From NCBI GenBank assembly GCA_963775425.1, contig CAVZJB010000016.1, positions 1,024,001-1,088,000 of the forward strand: DNA of 64,000 bases. The letters run 5' to 3'. The notes below the pieces were generated by a model that was not told the DNA's origin, ran no database searches, and saw only the letters and a program-made list of their open reading frames with translations. The position numbers were made by a program, and so were the translations under genes. The stretch's first letter is position 1. Each line of letters starts with the position of its first letter. Source of the stretch: an uncultured delta proteobacterium (GTDB taxonomy: Bacteria; Myxococcota; UBA727; VGSZ01). This document shows positions 48,323 to 59,100 of the stretch, in pieces.

Positions 48323-49624
48323 GTGCTCGTCGCTGTGGTCGCATGTGCGCTAGCCGGGGCCCCCGCCGCGGCGCCGGTGTACGCGGGGGTCCTGGCCCGC
48401 AATCTCTCGCTCAAGGACGCGGCCGAGCACGCCGCCATCGCCCTCGGCCAGGCCCTCGAGAAAAAGGGCGCCGTCGACGTCGGCTCCCCGCCCCTGCCGG
48501 ACACCGCCGGCGGCCCCGACGCCATCCTCAAGAGCCTCGTGGCTGCCGCCGCCGACAAGTACTCCGAGGGCGACTTCTCCCTCGCCGTCTCCAGAGCCGA
48601 CGAGGCCGTCGCGCGCTTCGAGGGCGGCGGCGCCTACCGCGCGGGCCCCGCCTGGAAGAGCTTCAGCGACGCCCTCGTCGTCAAGGCCCTCGCCCTGCGC
48701 CGGCTCGGCAAGGAGGGCGACGCCGACGCCACCCTCGGCCTGCTCGCCGCCACCATGCCCGGCGCCGTCCCGGACCCGGCCATCACGCCGCCCAAGGTCG
48801 CCGAACGCTACAAGCAGATCGTCGACGACATGAGGGCCAAGCCGCGGGTGAGCATCGAGGTCAGCTCCACGCCGTCGGGCGCCGACGTCGTCGTCGACGG
48901 CAGGGCGCAGGGGAAGGCCCCTGTGGTGGTGCGCGATCTCCTCGCCGGCGTCCACTTCGTCGGCCTCGCCGCCGAGGGGGAGCACGCGCAGAAGATGGTG
49001 ACCCTGCCGCCCGGGGAGAACGGGCGGGTCGCGGAGAAGGTCGGCGACCCGCGCGCCATCGCCGCCCGCGGCCTGCGCGCCGCCCTCGCCTCGCCCGTGG
49101 CCAGGGAGGTCGTGATCTCCGAGGCCAAGAAGGTCGCCGACGACGTCGTCGTCGGCGCGCTCGTGAAGGACGCCGGCGGCCCGCTCCTCGTCGTCGCGCG
49201 CGTGCGCGGCGGCGAGATCACGGTGGCGGGCGCGCGGGTCGAGAAGGCGTCGCAGGTGAAGCCGCGCGCCGACGCGCTGGCCGCCGCCGTGCTGCACGAC
49301 CCCCCGGGGACGTCGTGGCTCGGCGAGGGGCCGGCCACGCCCTCCGCGATCTTCCTCTCCGGCGTCCCCGCCCTCGCGGCCGGCGACGGCCACGGGGACG
49401 GCCGCGGCGACGGCGCAGACGGCGGCGGCGACGGCAACGGCGATCACCGCCCCGCGGACGGCGAGGGCGAGCTCGACACCGGCACCATCGTCCTCGCGAG
49501 CGTCGGCGCGGGCGTCGCCGTCGCCGTCATCACCGGCGCGGTGCTCGGCTACCTGGTCGCAGACGCATCCTCCAAGAAAGTCACGGTGACGATCGATGGC
49601 TCGAAGCTCAAGCATCCTTCTTGA
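48323..49624 (+). CDS. PEGA-domain secreted/membrane protein
   Basis: Signal peptide, EVSSTPSGADVVVDG...GKAP PEGA motif and C-terminal TM. Confidence 0.78.
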   Translation: MLVAVVACALAGAPAAAPVYAGVLARNLSLKDAAEHAAIALGQALEKKGAVDVGSPPLPDTAGGPDAILKSLVAAAADKYSEGDFSLAVSRADEAVARFEGGGAYRAGPAWKSFSDALVVKALALRRLGKEGDADATLGLLAATMPGAVPDPAITPPKVAERYKQIVDDMRAKPRVSIEVSSTPSGADVVVDGRAQGKAPVVVRDLLAGVHFVGLAAEGEHAQKMVTLPPGENGRVAEKVGDPRAIAARGLRAALASPVAREVVISEAKKVADDVVVGALVKDAGGPLLVVARVRGGEITVAGARVEKASQVKPRADALAAAVLHDPPGTSWLGEGPATPSAIFLSGVPALAAGDGHGDGRGDGADGGGDGNGDHRPADGEGELDTGTIVLASVGAGVAVAVITGAVLGYLVADASSKKVTVTIDGSKLKHPS

Positions 49625-50051
49625 CGCGAGGCCCCTCGCCGTCGTCCTGGCGTTGGCCCTCGGCGGCTGCGACGGCGTCGATCTGTTCCTCTCGGTGGTC
49701 CCCGGGATCGACCCGGGCACGCAACAGCCCTACGACACGTCCGCCGTGAGCTCGCTCCACGTGATCGCCGACAACGGCGTGAAGCTGGAGGAGCGGGATG
49801 TCGCGCTCGACCAGCAGACCACCTTCGCGCTCGCGGACCTCGACACCACGCTCCCGCTCGGCTTCGAGGTGTGGGGCTGTGAGTCGCTCGCGACGTGTGT
49901 CCGCGACAAGGTCCTCTTTCGAGGCTGCACGCCCACCAAGACGGACTACTCGCAGCGGCCCACCGGCCCCGAGCACCTGCAGGACAACACGGTGGCCATC
50001 GAGCTGGTCCCTTTCGGCGACCCGACCCTGGACCAGTGCCCCGCGTTTTGA
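49596..50051 (+). CDS. Hypothetical lipoprotein
   Basis: LALALGGC lipobox and coding-like codon usage. Confidence 0.7.
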   Translation: MARSSSILLDARPLAVVLALALGGCDGVDLFLSVVPGIDPGTQQPYDTSAVSSLHVIADNGVKLEERDVALDQQTTFALADLDTTLPLGFEVWGCESLATCVRDKVLFRGCTPTKTDYSQRPTGPEHLQDNTVAIELVPFGDPTLDQCPAF

Positions 50052-50063
50052 CTCGAGCGCGCC

Positions 50064-51374
50064 TCAGCCCGCCTTGGCGCCCGGCGGCGGCGGCGGCGCA
50101 GACGGGGCCGACGGCGCCGACGGCGGCGGCATCGGCATCGGCATCATCGGCATCGCCTCGTGCGGGTTGGCGCTGCCGGGCAACGCGTTTTCGCGCGTCG
50201 GCCGCCACGCGGGGACGCGGGTGCCTTTGCCGTCGTCCTTGGAGAACGGCGACGGCAGGGGCTCCACCAGCCGGGTGATCTTCGCCTTGCGGCGCAAGGA
50301 GTCGATGAGCCCGTCGACCTTGGCCATGAACTGCTTCACGCCCTGGCGGTCGATGATGGTCTGCTTCATGTCGGCGTACGTCTTCTGGCCGCCCTTGTGG
50401 ACGCCGCCGCCGCGCAGGATGTGGAAGCCGAACGGCGAGCGCACCGGCTTGGACACCTCGCCCTTCTTCAGCTTGAACGCCGCCTCGTCGATCGCCTTCA
50501 CCATGTCGCCGTGCGCGAATGTGCCGAGGTCGCCGCCGTTTTGCTTGGCCTGCGGATCGTCGCTCTTGTCCGCGGCGACCTTCTTGAACGTGGCCTCGTC
50601 CTTGCCCGCCACCTGCTTGCGGATGTCCTCGGCCTTCTTCAGGGCCGCCGCCACCTCGTCAGGCTTGGCGTCCTTCTTCACGGCGACGAGGATGTGGAAG
50701 GCGCTGGTGGTGTCCGGCACCACGAACTTCGCCTTGTTTTCCTCGTAGAACTTCTTCACCTCCGCGTCGGGCGGCGGCGGCGTCTCCTTCTTGAGCGCCT
50801 CGAAGAGCTTGCCGATGGCGACGTCGCTGGCCACGTCGGTGGTGAAGGTCTTCTCGTCGCTGTGCATCTGGGCGAGCACGTCTTGCAGCGTCTGGCCCTT
50901 GGGCAGCGTGCCGAGCAGCCGATCGCGCTCCTTGTTCACCTCGTCGTCGCTGGGCCAGAGGTTCCTGCGCCGCGCTTCGTCGGAGAGCAGCTTTCGCTCG
51001 ATGAGCTTCTCGTACGCGGGCTCCTCGAGCGCGTCGCGCGTGGGCGCGTCGAGGTTCGCGGGGGGGATGCCGGCGACGGCGGCGTGTTGCGCGATGGAAC
51101 GCTCGAGGTCCGCGCGCGTGAACGTGACGTCGTCGACCTGGGCGATGGGCGCGTCCATGGCGAGGGTGGCGATGGTCGAGCGGCTGACGGCGTCGTGGAT
51201 GCCGTGCGGACCCTGGAAGTCGTGGGGGCCTTTGCCGCCGCCGACGTCCATCCCCACGGGCGCAGACGTGCCCCCGTCGGCCGCCGGCGCGGGGCTGTGA
51301 GGCGACGCCGGGTTCTTCTTGGGGCAGCCCGCGAGGGCGACGGCGAACGACAAGGCGAGGACGGCTTTCTTCAT
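50064..51374 (-). CDS. Parvulin-type peptidyl-prolyl isomerase (SurA/PrsA-like), lipoprotein
   Basis: LAGC lipobox, HILV, SDD...NGGDLG and SKPVRSPFGFHIL. Confidence 0.92.
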   Translation of the reverse strand: MKKAVLALSFAVALAGCPKKNPASPHSPAPAADGGTSAPVGMDVGGGKGPHDFQGPHGIHDAVSRSTIATLAMDAPIAQVDDVTFTRADLERSIAQHAAVAGIPPANLDAPTRDALEEPAYEKLIERKLLSDEARRRNLWPSDDEVNKERDRLLGTLPKGQTLQDVLAQMHSDEKTFTTDVASDVAIGKLFEALKKETPPPPDAEVKKFYEENKAKFVVPDTTSAFHILVAVKKDAKPDEVAAALKKAEDIRKQVAGKDEATFKKVAADKSDDPQAKQNGGDLGTFAHGDMVKAIDEAAFKLKKGEVSKPVRSPFGFHILRGGGVHKGGQKTYADMKQTIIDRQGVKQFMAKVDGLIDSLRRKAKITRLVEPLPSPFSKDDGKGTRVPAWRPTRENALPGSANPHEAMPMMPMPMPPPSAPSAPSAPPPPPGAKAG

Positions 51375-51383
51375 CGTTTTCCT

Positions 51384-51881
51384 CTAACGAACGAGGGCAA
51401 GCTGCTCCGCGCTCCACAGGCCGATCAGCGACCGCAGGGAGCGGCCGCGCTCGAGCGGGGCGGAGCCGAGGGGACCCAGGGCGACGACGTGGGCGACGGT
51501 GCCGGTGCCGAAGTCGACGCGCGCGCCGACGAGCTCGAGGCACAGCGCGGGGAGGAGCGGCATATGCGAGACGCACAACAGGGTCCGCGCCGTGGCCTCG
51601 AGGATCGCCTGAGCGGCCCGCTCCGGGGAGGCCACCGGGGTGAGCGCGCCGTCGGCGACGACCTCCCGGCAGCCGAGGGCGCCCGCCACGATGGCGGCGG
51701 TCTCGGCGGCGCGCACGTAGGGGCTGTGCCAGACGGCGTCGGGGGCCACACCGAACGCGGCCAGGCCCCGCGCCACGGCCTCGATCCCCGCCCTGCCCTC
51801 GTCGGTCAGCGGACGCGCGGCGTCGCCACCGGGCGCGGCCGCGACCGCTTTGCCGTGCCGGACGAGGAGCACCTCGCGCAT
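51384..51881 (-). CDS. sixA: Phosphohistidine phosphatase SixA
   Basis: LLVRHGKA, DAARPLTDEG, SPYVRAAETA and VSHMP. Confidence 0.88.
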   Translation of the reverse strand: MREVLLVRHGKAVAAAPGGDAARPLTDEGRAGIEAVARGLAAFGVAPDAVWHSPYVRAAETAAIVAGALGCREVVADGALTPVASPERAAQAILEATARTLLCVSHMPLLPALCLELVGARVDFGTGTVAHVVALGPLGSAPLERGRSLRSLIGLWSAEQLALVR

Positions 51882-51928
51882 GTGCGTCCACCCTCGCACG
51901 CGCACCCCTGCTTCGCTAGACCGATTCG

Positions 51929-52291
51929 GTGCTCGATCCCTTCGACCTGTTCTGCGCGTACCACCTCGGCCTCGACGGAGCGGGCCGCGTTCGCTTCGCC
52001 AACATCCACGACGTCGCGCGGCGATTTGCCACCGGCGTCGACGTCGTCGAGGCCGCGTTGGAGTCCTACGGCATGGACGCCGCGCGCATGCTCGAGATCG
52101 ACTTCGACCTCGCCGCCGCGCAGCACGACATCCAGGTCTCACCGCCGGGCGTCGACCTGCCGAGCATCGCGCGCATGCACTTCGACCTCTTCCTCGCCGC
52201 CCGGGAGAGGCCCCGCGACTGGGACAAGGAGCTCGCCGCCGACGCCGCCGCCAACGCCGAGACCTTCGGCGGCCGCGGGCCCCGGCGCTGA
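51929..52291 (+). CDS. Hypothetical protein
   Basis: Strong coding bias, DPFDLFCAYHLG motif and an upstream GCTA-N10-GTG motif. Confidence 0.75.
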   Translation: MLDPFDLFCAYHLGLDGAGRVRFANIHDVARRFATGVDVVEAALESYGMDAARMLEIDFDLAAAQHDIQVSPPGVDLPSIARMHFDLFLAARERPRDWDKELAADAAANAETFGGRGPRR

Positions 52292-52319
52292 TCATCAGCG
52301 CGCTCCCGCCGGTCGCTGA

Positions 52320-54347
52320 TCAGAACCGGGCGAGGTCCCGCATGGCGCCGACGACGTCCGCGAGCTGCGGGAGGATCACCTCCTCGAGCTCCCAGTTGTA
52401 GGGCACCGGCGTGTCCTTGCCCGCGAGGCGGCGGACGGGGCCGTCGAGGTGAGCGAAGCAGCGCTCGCCGATCTCGGCGGCGATCTCGGCGCCGTAGCCG
52501 ACAAAGCGGCAGTCCTCCTGCACCACCAGGCACTTGCCGGTGCGCTTGACGGACTCCTCGATCGTGGCCCAGTCGACGGGGTTCAGCGAGCGCAGGTCGA
52601 TGACCTCGACGTCGAAGCCCTCGTCCTTGAGCGTCTCCGCGCCTTGAAGCGCGCGCTGCACCATGGCGCCGTACGTCACGACGGTGAGGTCGCTGCCCGG
52701 CCGGCGCACCACGGCCTTGCCAAACGGCAGCACCCAATCCTCCGACGGCAGCGGGCTCTTCGCGTGGCTTTGCCGGTAGAGGCCCTTGTGCTCGAGGAAC
52801 AGCACCGGGTCGTCGCCGCGGATGGCGGCCTTCAACAAGCCGTAGGCGTCGAGCGCCGTGGACGGCATGCACACCTTGAGGCCGGGGATGTGCGCGAAGA
52901 AGCTCTCGATGTTCTGCGAGTGGCACAGCGCGCCGTGGATGTAGCCGCCGATGGGGACGCGCACGACGACGGGGCACGTCCACTGGTTGTTCGAGCGGTA
53001 CCGCATGGACGCCAGCTCGTTGCGGATCTGCATCATGGCGGTCCAGATGTAGTCGCCGAACTGGATCTCGGGGACGGGCTTGTAGCCGCGGGTGGCGAGG
53101 CCGATGGCCGTGCCGATGATGCTCGACTCCGCCAGCGGCGAGTTGAAGACGCGGTCGCCGAAGCGCTTGGTCAGCCCGCGGGTGGCGGTGAAGACGCCGC
53201 CCTTTTCGCCGGCGACGTCCTCGCCGAACACGAGCACGTCGGGGTTGCGCTCGAGCTCCTCGGCGAGCGCGCGGTTGACGGCGTCGACGATGACGACGCC
53301 GTCGCCCGTGGTGACCGGCGTGACCAGCGGCGGCTCGGGCCTCTCCGACGTCACCCAGCGCTCGGCGGTGTCCCGCGCGGGCATCGGCGCCTGCTCCGCG
53401 CGCTCGGCTTCGCGATCGATGAGCGCCTTGATCTCCGCGTCGATGACGGCGTGATCGGGGACCAGCTTGCGCATGGCCACGATGGGATCGCGCGACTTGT
53501 CGTGCGCGAGCTCGTCCGCCGGGCGGTACTTGCGCTGGTCGTCCGACGAGCTGTGCGGCAGCAGGCGGACGACGTCGGCGACGACCAGGGTGGGCCCGTC
53601 GCCGCGCCGGGCGCGGGCGACGGCGCGCTCCATGACCTCGAGGCTGGCGTTGAAGTCGCAGCCGTCGACCTCGACGGTGGCGAGGCCGTCGTAGCCGCGG
53701 CCGAGGTGGGCGACCTTGCCGCCCGGCGTCTGCTCGCGCACGGGCACCGAGATGGCGTAGCCGTTGTCCTCGACGAGGAAGATCACCGGCGCGCCCTCCC
53801 GGCTCGCCCAGTTGAGCGCCTCGTGGAAGTCACCCTGGCTGGTGGTGCCGTCGCCGGCGGTGACGACGGTGACGTCGTAGTCGGCGCCCTTGCCGTTCTT
53901 GGGCTTGCGGCGCATCGACGCCAGCGCGCAGCCCACGGCTTGCAGGAACTGCGTGCCGGTGGGCGACGACTGCGACGGGATGTTCAGCTCCTTGTGCCCG
54001 TAGTGCTGCGGCATCTGCCGCCCGCCGGAGTTGGGGTCGTCGGCGCGGGCGAGGAAGCAGCACAACAGCTCGTACGCGGTCATGCCGAGGCCGGAGCAGA
54101 GGGCCTGGTCGCGGTAGTAGGGATACGCCCAATCGCGGCCGGGCGTGAGCGCCATGGCCGCCGCGGTCTGCACCGCTTCGTGCCCCATGCCGCCGATGTG
54201 GAAGTAGCTCTTTCCCTGCCGGAGGAGGACGAGCATCTTGTCGTCGAGCAGGCGCGACAGGATCATGTTGCGGTAGGCGGCGATGAGCTTGGCCGGTTCC
54301 TGGCCCTTCTTCTTGGTTGACCGCACGTCCTTGGACACCGCCGTCAT
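52320..54347 (-). CDS. Fused 2-oxoacid dehydrogenase E1 alpha/beta (probably branched-chain)
   Basis: GHEA, PYYRD, GDGTTSQGDFHEALN (ThDP motif), HSSSDD, FGEDV, EIQFGDY and HSQ. Confidence 0.92.
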   Translation of the reverse strand: MTAVSKDVRSTKKKGQEPAKLIAAYRNMILSRLLDDKMLVLLRQGKSYFHIGGMGHEAVQTAAAMALTPGRDWAYPYYRDQALCSGLGMTAYELLCCFLARADDPNSGGRQMPQHYGHKELNIPSQSSPTGTQFLQAVGCALASMRRKPKNGKGADYDVTVVTAGDGTTSQGDFHEALNWASREGAPVIFLVEDNGYAISVPVREQTPGGKVAHLGRGYDGLATVEVDGCDFNASLEVMERAVARARRGDGPTLVVADVVRLLPHSSSDDQRKYRPADELAHDKSRDPIVAMRKLVPDHAVIDAEIKALIDREAERAEQAPMPARDTAERWVTSERPEPPLVTPVTTGDGVVIVDAVNRALAEELERNPDVLVFGEDVAGEKGGVFTATRGLTKRFGDRVFNSPLAESSIIGTAIGLATRGYKPVPEIQFGDYIWTAMMQIRNELASMRYRSNNQWTCPVVVRVPIGGYIHGALCHSQNIESFFAHIPGLKVCMPSTALDAYGLLKAAIRGDDPVLFLEHKGLYRQSHAKSPLPSEDWVLPFGKAVVRRPGSDLTVVTYGAMVQRALQGAETLKDEGFDVEVIDLRSLNPVDWATIEESVKRTGKCLVVQEDCRFVGYGAEIAAEIGERCFAHLDGPVRRLAGKDTPVPYNWELEEVILPQLADVVGAMRDLARF

Positions 54348-54482
54348 CGTCGCGCTCCTCCGGTCCCGGCGCCCGGCGCGCCGCGTGGGTTCCCTTAGCG
54401 GGGTCTCGGCCGGTTGTCGACGTCACACTCACGACGAGCTGCGTCATGGCGCCGGACGGTGCTCCAAGGCTACCCTGGGCAC

Positions 54483-54917
54483 ATGATCCGCAACATCATC
54501 GGCTCCTGGGCCTTCGCCGCGTTCCTCGTCGTCGTCGCCGTCGCCACGTGGCGCCTGCTCGACGCCAGCCGCGCCCCGGCCGCCCCGCACTGCCCGCTGG
54601 CGGCCCACGCCGCCGCCGTCGTCGTGCCGGAGCAGGCACCGCAGGTCGCGGAGCCGCAGCAGGAGGCGCCCCCGCCGGTGGCACACACCTGCGGCGCTGG
54701 CGGCTTCGCCTACGACGAGGCCGTGAACGACGCCCCCGTCGCCCAGGCCCTCAGCGAGCGGGAGGGGCAGGTGATGTTCGAGAGCGCCGTCGACGCGTTC
54801 CGCGCCAATCACGACGCCAAGGCGTGCTCCATCCTCTTCACGGTCATGCACCGCTCGGCCTCCGGCTCCCACTTCGTCGCGAAGTCCGCGGGCCTCTTCA
54901 AGGCGCGCTGCCGCTAG
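54483..54917 (+). CDS. Hypothetical membrane-anchored protein
   Basis: N-terminal TM helix and a GCTA-N10-ATG motif. Confidence 0.65.
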   Translation: MIRNIIGSWAFAAFLVVVAVATWRLLDASRAPAAPHCPLAAHAAAVVVPEQAPQVAEPQQEAPPPVAHTCGAGGFAYDEAVNDAPVAQALSEREGQVMFESAVDAFRANHDAKACSILFTVMHRSASGSHFVAKSAGLFKARCR

Positions 54918-54941
54918 CCGTGACGCAGCGGGGCCGCTGAC

Positions 54942-55376
54942 TCAGGCCCCGAGCGGCCGCACCGCGATGGTGCAGCGGCACACCGAGACGAGCTTGCCGT
55001 CGTTCTCCACGACGATCGCGTAGACCAGCGAGGTCCTGCCTTTGTGCAGCGGCGTCGCCGTGGCGCGCAGGGTGCCCTCCGTCGCCGAGCGCACGTGGCT
55101 CGCGGAGATCTCCTGCCCGGCCACGCGAAAGCGCGTCACGTCCACCGCGAGCGCCGCCGCCGCCGACGCCGCGCTCTCGGCCATCAACACGTAGACGCCG
55201 CCGTGGACGATGCCGGCGTGCTGAAAGAGCCGCTCGTCGACGTCGGTCTCGACGACCACGCGGTCCGCCGTGATCTCCACCGCGCGGATGCCCAGCGTGT
55301 GCAGCACCGTGTGGGGATCGCGCTCGCGCATGAAGGCGATGACATCGTCGACGCTCGGCGGCTTGTGCTCGCTCAT
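54942..55376 (-). CDS. PaaI/hotdog-fold thioesterase
   Basis: QHAGIVHGGVYVLMAESAAS, EISASHVRS and PLHKGRT. Confidence 0.9.
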   Translation of the reverse strand: MSEHKPPSVDDVIAFMRERDPHTVLHTLGIRAVEITADRVVVETDVDERLFQHAGIVHGGVYVLMAESAASAAAALAVDVTRFRVAGQEISASHVRSATEGTLRATATPLHKGRTSLVYAIVVENDGKLVSVCRCTIAVRPLGA

Positions 55377-55442
55377 CGCTCGTTCTCCGGTTAGGCTGCG
55401 CTCCCGCGGCGTCGTCTCCGCGTTCCCCCGGAGCAAGTCACG

Positions 55443-55985
55443 ATGAGCCAGTCCCCGCAAGCAAGCACCGATCAAGGGCCGTCCGTCACACTGCCCGTCC
55501 TCGGCATCGTCTTGTCCGTCCTGTGCTTCCCCGTAGGGCTCGTGCTCGCCATCGTGTCGATGGTGAAGTACTCGTCGGCCGTCGGCACCAGCGCCAAGAC
55601 GCTCTCGGTGGTGGCGCTGGTGGTGTCGCTCGCCATGGTCGGGTTGCAGGGCGTCGGCTGCCTCGCCGCCATCGCCATCCCCAACTTCGTCAAGTACCAG
55701 TGCAAGAGCAAGCAGTCCGAGGCCAAGGCCAACCTGCGGGCGCTCGGGGTCGCCGAGCACGGTTACGCCGCGGACAACGGCGGCTTCAGCGCCGATCTCC
55801 ACGCGCTTGGCTTCGAGGCGCACGGCGTGCACGTCCGCTACGACTACGTCGTGGACCGCGCCGACAAGGAGCACTTCCACGCCGTGGCCACGGCCAAGCC
55901 CGGGGCGGCCGGGGAGCTCAACGGCGACAGTTGGGAGATCGACGAGAGCGGCCTGCCCCGCAACACCGTCGACGGCTGCCGCTAG
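55443..55985 (+). CDS. DUF4190-like TM hairpin fused to a type IV pilin-like domain
   Basis: LAAIAIPNFVKYQCKSKQSEAKANL is a PilA-type helix. It is preceded by TM helices rather than a G|FTLIE prepilin site. Confidence 0.75.
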   Translation: MSQSPQASTDQGPSVTLPVLGIVLSVLCFPVGLVLAIVSMVKYSSAVGTSAKTLSVVALVVSLAMVGLQGVGCLAAIAIPNFVKYQCKSKQSEAKANLRALGVAEHGYAADNGGFSADLHALGFEAHGVHVRYDYVVDRADKEHFHAVATAKPGAAGELNGDSWEIDESGLPRNTVDGCR

Positions 55986-56015
55986 AGAAGTGATCCGCAT
56001 CGCGGAATAGGGTCA

Positions 56016-56089
56016 GTGCCGGCACGCGGTGGGCCCGCCGCCGATGCGCGTGCCGGCACGCCCGCCGCTTCGTGCGCATTTTTGTTTTT
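56016..56089. terminator. Hairpin(s) plus T-tract between convergent genes
   Basis: 13-bp IR GTGCCGGCACGCG/CGCGTGCCGGCAC at 56016-56059. GCACG...CGTGC stem followed by TTTTTGTTTTT on the + strand. Confidence 0.55.
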
Positions 56090-56106
56090 GCGGTTCAACT
56101 CTCTGG

Positions 56107-59100
56107 TCACGCCAAAGCGGCGTCCACGATCGCCTTCTGCTCGGCGACGTGCCGCTTGTGCGAGCCCGCGGCCGGGCTCGCCTGCGCCGGGCGCCCGACG
56201 TAGCGCGCGGTGACGCCCAGCGCGCGCAGGCGCGGCTCCATGAAGGACCAGGCGCCCATGTTCTCGGGCTCCTCCTGCGCCCACACCACCTCGTCGGGAC
56301 GCACGTCGTCGAGCACGGCGCGCACGCGCTCCTCGGGGAACGGGTAGAGCTGCTCGACGCGCACGACGGCCACGTCGCCCTTCGGTTCCTTCCTGCGGGT
56401 GCGATCGATGTCCCAGTAGAGCTTGCCCGTGCAGAGCACCAGGCGCCGGCACGCGGGGCCCCGGGTGCGGCGCGGGTCCTCGAGCACGGGCTCGAAGCGT
56501 CCGCCGGCGAGGTCGTCGACGTGGGAGGCCGCGTCGTCGGCGCGCAACAGGCTCTTGTGCGTGAACACGATGAGCGGCTTCTTCGGCAGCTTGGCCTGGC
56601 GCCGGATCAGGTGGAAGTACTGCGCCGGCGTCGACGCGATGGCCACGCGCATGTTGTCGTCGGCGCAGAGCTGGAGGAACCGCTCCACGCGCGCGCTCGA
56701 GTGCTCGGGTCCCTGCCCGTCGTAGCCGTGCGGCAGCAGCATCACCACGCGCGAGCGCTGGCCCCACTTGGCCTCGCCGGCGGCGATGAACTGGTCCACC
56801 TGGACCTGCGCCCCGTTCCAGAAGTCGCCGAACTGCGCCTCCCATAAAACGAGCGAGTCGGGGTGGCTGACGGAGTAGCCGTACTCGAAGCCGAGCACCG
56901 CCTCCTCCGACAACAGCGAGTCGTAGATGCGGAAGCGCGACGGGTGCCACTGCTCCTCGCCCTCGTCGCGCGACTTGTGCAGGAAATTGAGCGGGATGTA
57001 GGGGCGGCCGTCGTTGACGTCGTACAGGACCGCGTGGCGCTGGGCGAAGGTCCCGCGGCCCACGTCCTGGCCGGACAGCCGCACAGGCACGCCCTCGAGC
57101 AGCAGCGAGCCGAAGGCGAGGTTCTCCGCCATGCCGAAGTCGATGCCGGGCTTGCCCTCGAAGACCATGCTGCGGCGCTTGTCGAGGATCTGCGTCTTCA
57201 CCCGCGGGTGGATCTCGATGACCTCGGGCGCGTAGGTGATGCGGTCGGTGATGCGCTTGAGCGTGTCGACGGGGACGGTAGTGTCAACCGTGTCGGGGTC
57301 GACGACGTCGGAGAGCGCCAGGCTGCCCGTGCGGCGCGCCGGGGGGACGGCGGCGCGCCCCTTCTCCTTGATGGCGCCGAACGCGGCCTCGAGGCGCTCG
57401 TGGACGGCGGCGTCGACGGCCTTCACCTCGTCGTCGCTGAGGTCGCCGCGGCGCACCAGCAGCGCGGAATAGTGGTCCTGTGTGGGCTCGTGGCCCTCGA
57501 TGGCCCGGTAGAGGATGGGCTGCGTGAAGCTCGGCTCGTCGCCCTCGTTGTGGCCCCAGCGGCGGTAGCAGACCATGTCGATGACGACGTCGCGGGCGAA
57601 CTTCATCCGGTATTCGCACGCGATGCGCATGGCGCGAACGCACGCCTCGGGGTCGTCGCCGTTGACGCGCAGGATGGGCGCCTGGATGGCGCGCGCGATG
57701 TCCGAGCAATTCATGCTCGTGCGGGCGCGCTCGGGCCCGGTGGTGTAGCCGATCTGGTTGTTGATGATGACGTGGACGGTGCCGCCGACGCGGTAGCCGT
57801 TGAGCCCCGACATCTGCAGCACCTCGTAGACCACGCCCTGCCCCGCGAACGCGGCGTCGCCATGGATGAGGAACGGCACCACCTTCCTGCGGGCGCGGTC
57901 GCCGGTCATGTCCTGCTTGGCGCGGGTCTGCCCGAGCACCACCGGGTCCACCGCCTCGAGGTGGCTCGGGTTGCACGCGAGCTCGAGCCGGAGCGCGCGC
58001 TCCTCGACGTGGGCGCTGCCGTCGAGCGTGAGCCCCTTCCACTTGTGAACGCCCTTGGCGCCGAGGTGGTACTTCACGTCGCCGGAGCCCTCGGCGCCGC
58101 CCGGCCCGGGCGCGCGGGCCGGCCCGGCGTCGAAGTCCTCGAACTCCGCGAAGATGGCCTCGAGCGGCTTGCCGATGACGTTGGCGAGCACGTTCAAGCG
58201 GCCGCGGTGCGCCATGCCGATGACGGCCTCCGTGGCGCCGAAGGCGGCGGCCATGTCGAGGCCCTCGACGAGCATGACCATGGCGCTCTCGGCGCCCTCC
58301 ACCGAGAAGCGCTTCTGTCCGATGTAGCGCTTGTGCAGGAAGCGCTCGAAGCCCTGGGCCTGGCAGAGCGTGGCGAGGATCTGCTTCTTGTCGTCGATGG
58401 ACAGCACGTCGGGCTTGCGCTCCACGCGCTGCTTGAGCCACGTCCGCTGCTCGACGTCGGCGATGTGCATGTACTCGAGGCCGAGCCGACGGCAGTACGT
58501 GTCGCGGAGCCGCTCGAGGATCTCGCGCAGCGGCGCGATGGGCTTCTCGCAGACGCCGAGCGTGAGGAACTCGCGGTCGAGATCCCAGATGGTGAGCCCG
58601 TACTGATCGATGTTGACGTCGGCGTGTTCGCGCGGCTTGAGGTCGAGCGGGTCGACGTTGGCCACGATGTGGCCACGAACGCGAAACGCGTGGATGAGCT
58701 GTGAGACGCGCATCGCCTTTTCGGTGTCGGCGAACGATCCGCCGATCACCGCGCGGTCGCGCTTGAGCCGGTAGGGGTGGTGCGGGATGCGGATGGCCTG
58801 GAACAGCTCGTCGTAGAACCCGTGCTCGCCGTTCAACAGCTCGTGCACGCGCTGCAGGTACGCGCCCGACTCCGCGCCCTGGATGATGCGGTGGTCGTAC
58901 GTCGACGTCACCGTCATCACCTTGCCTACGCCGAGCTGGCGGATGGTGTCCGGCGCCATGGCCTCGTACTCGGCGGGGTAGCCGATGGCGCCGGTGGCGA
59001 TGATGGCCCCCTGCCCCGGCATCAAGCGCGGCGCCGACGCCACCGTGCCGATACCGCCCGGGTTGGTGAGCGTCATGGTGGTGCCGTCGAAGTCGGCGGC

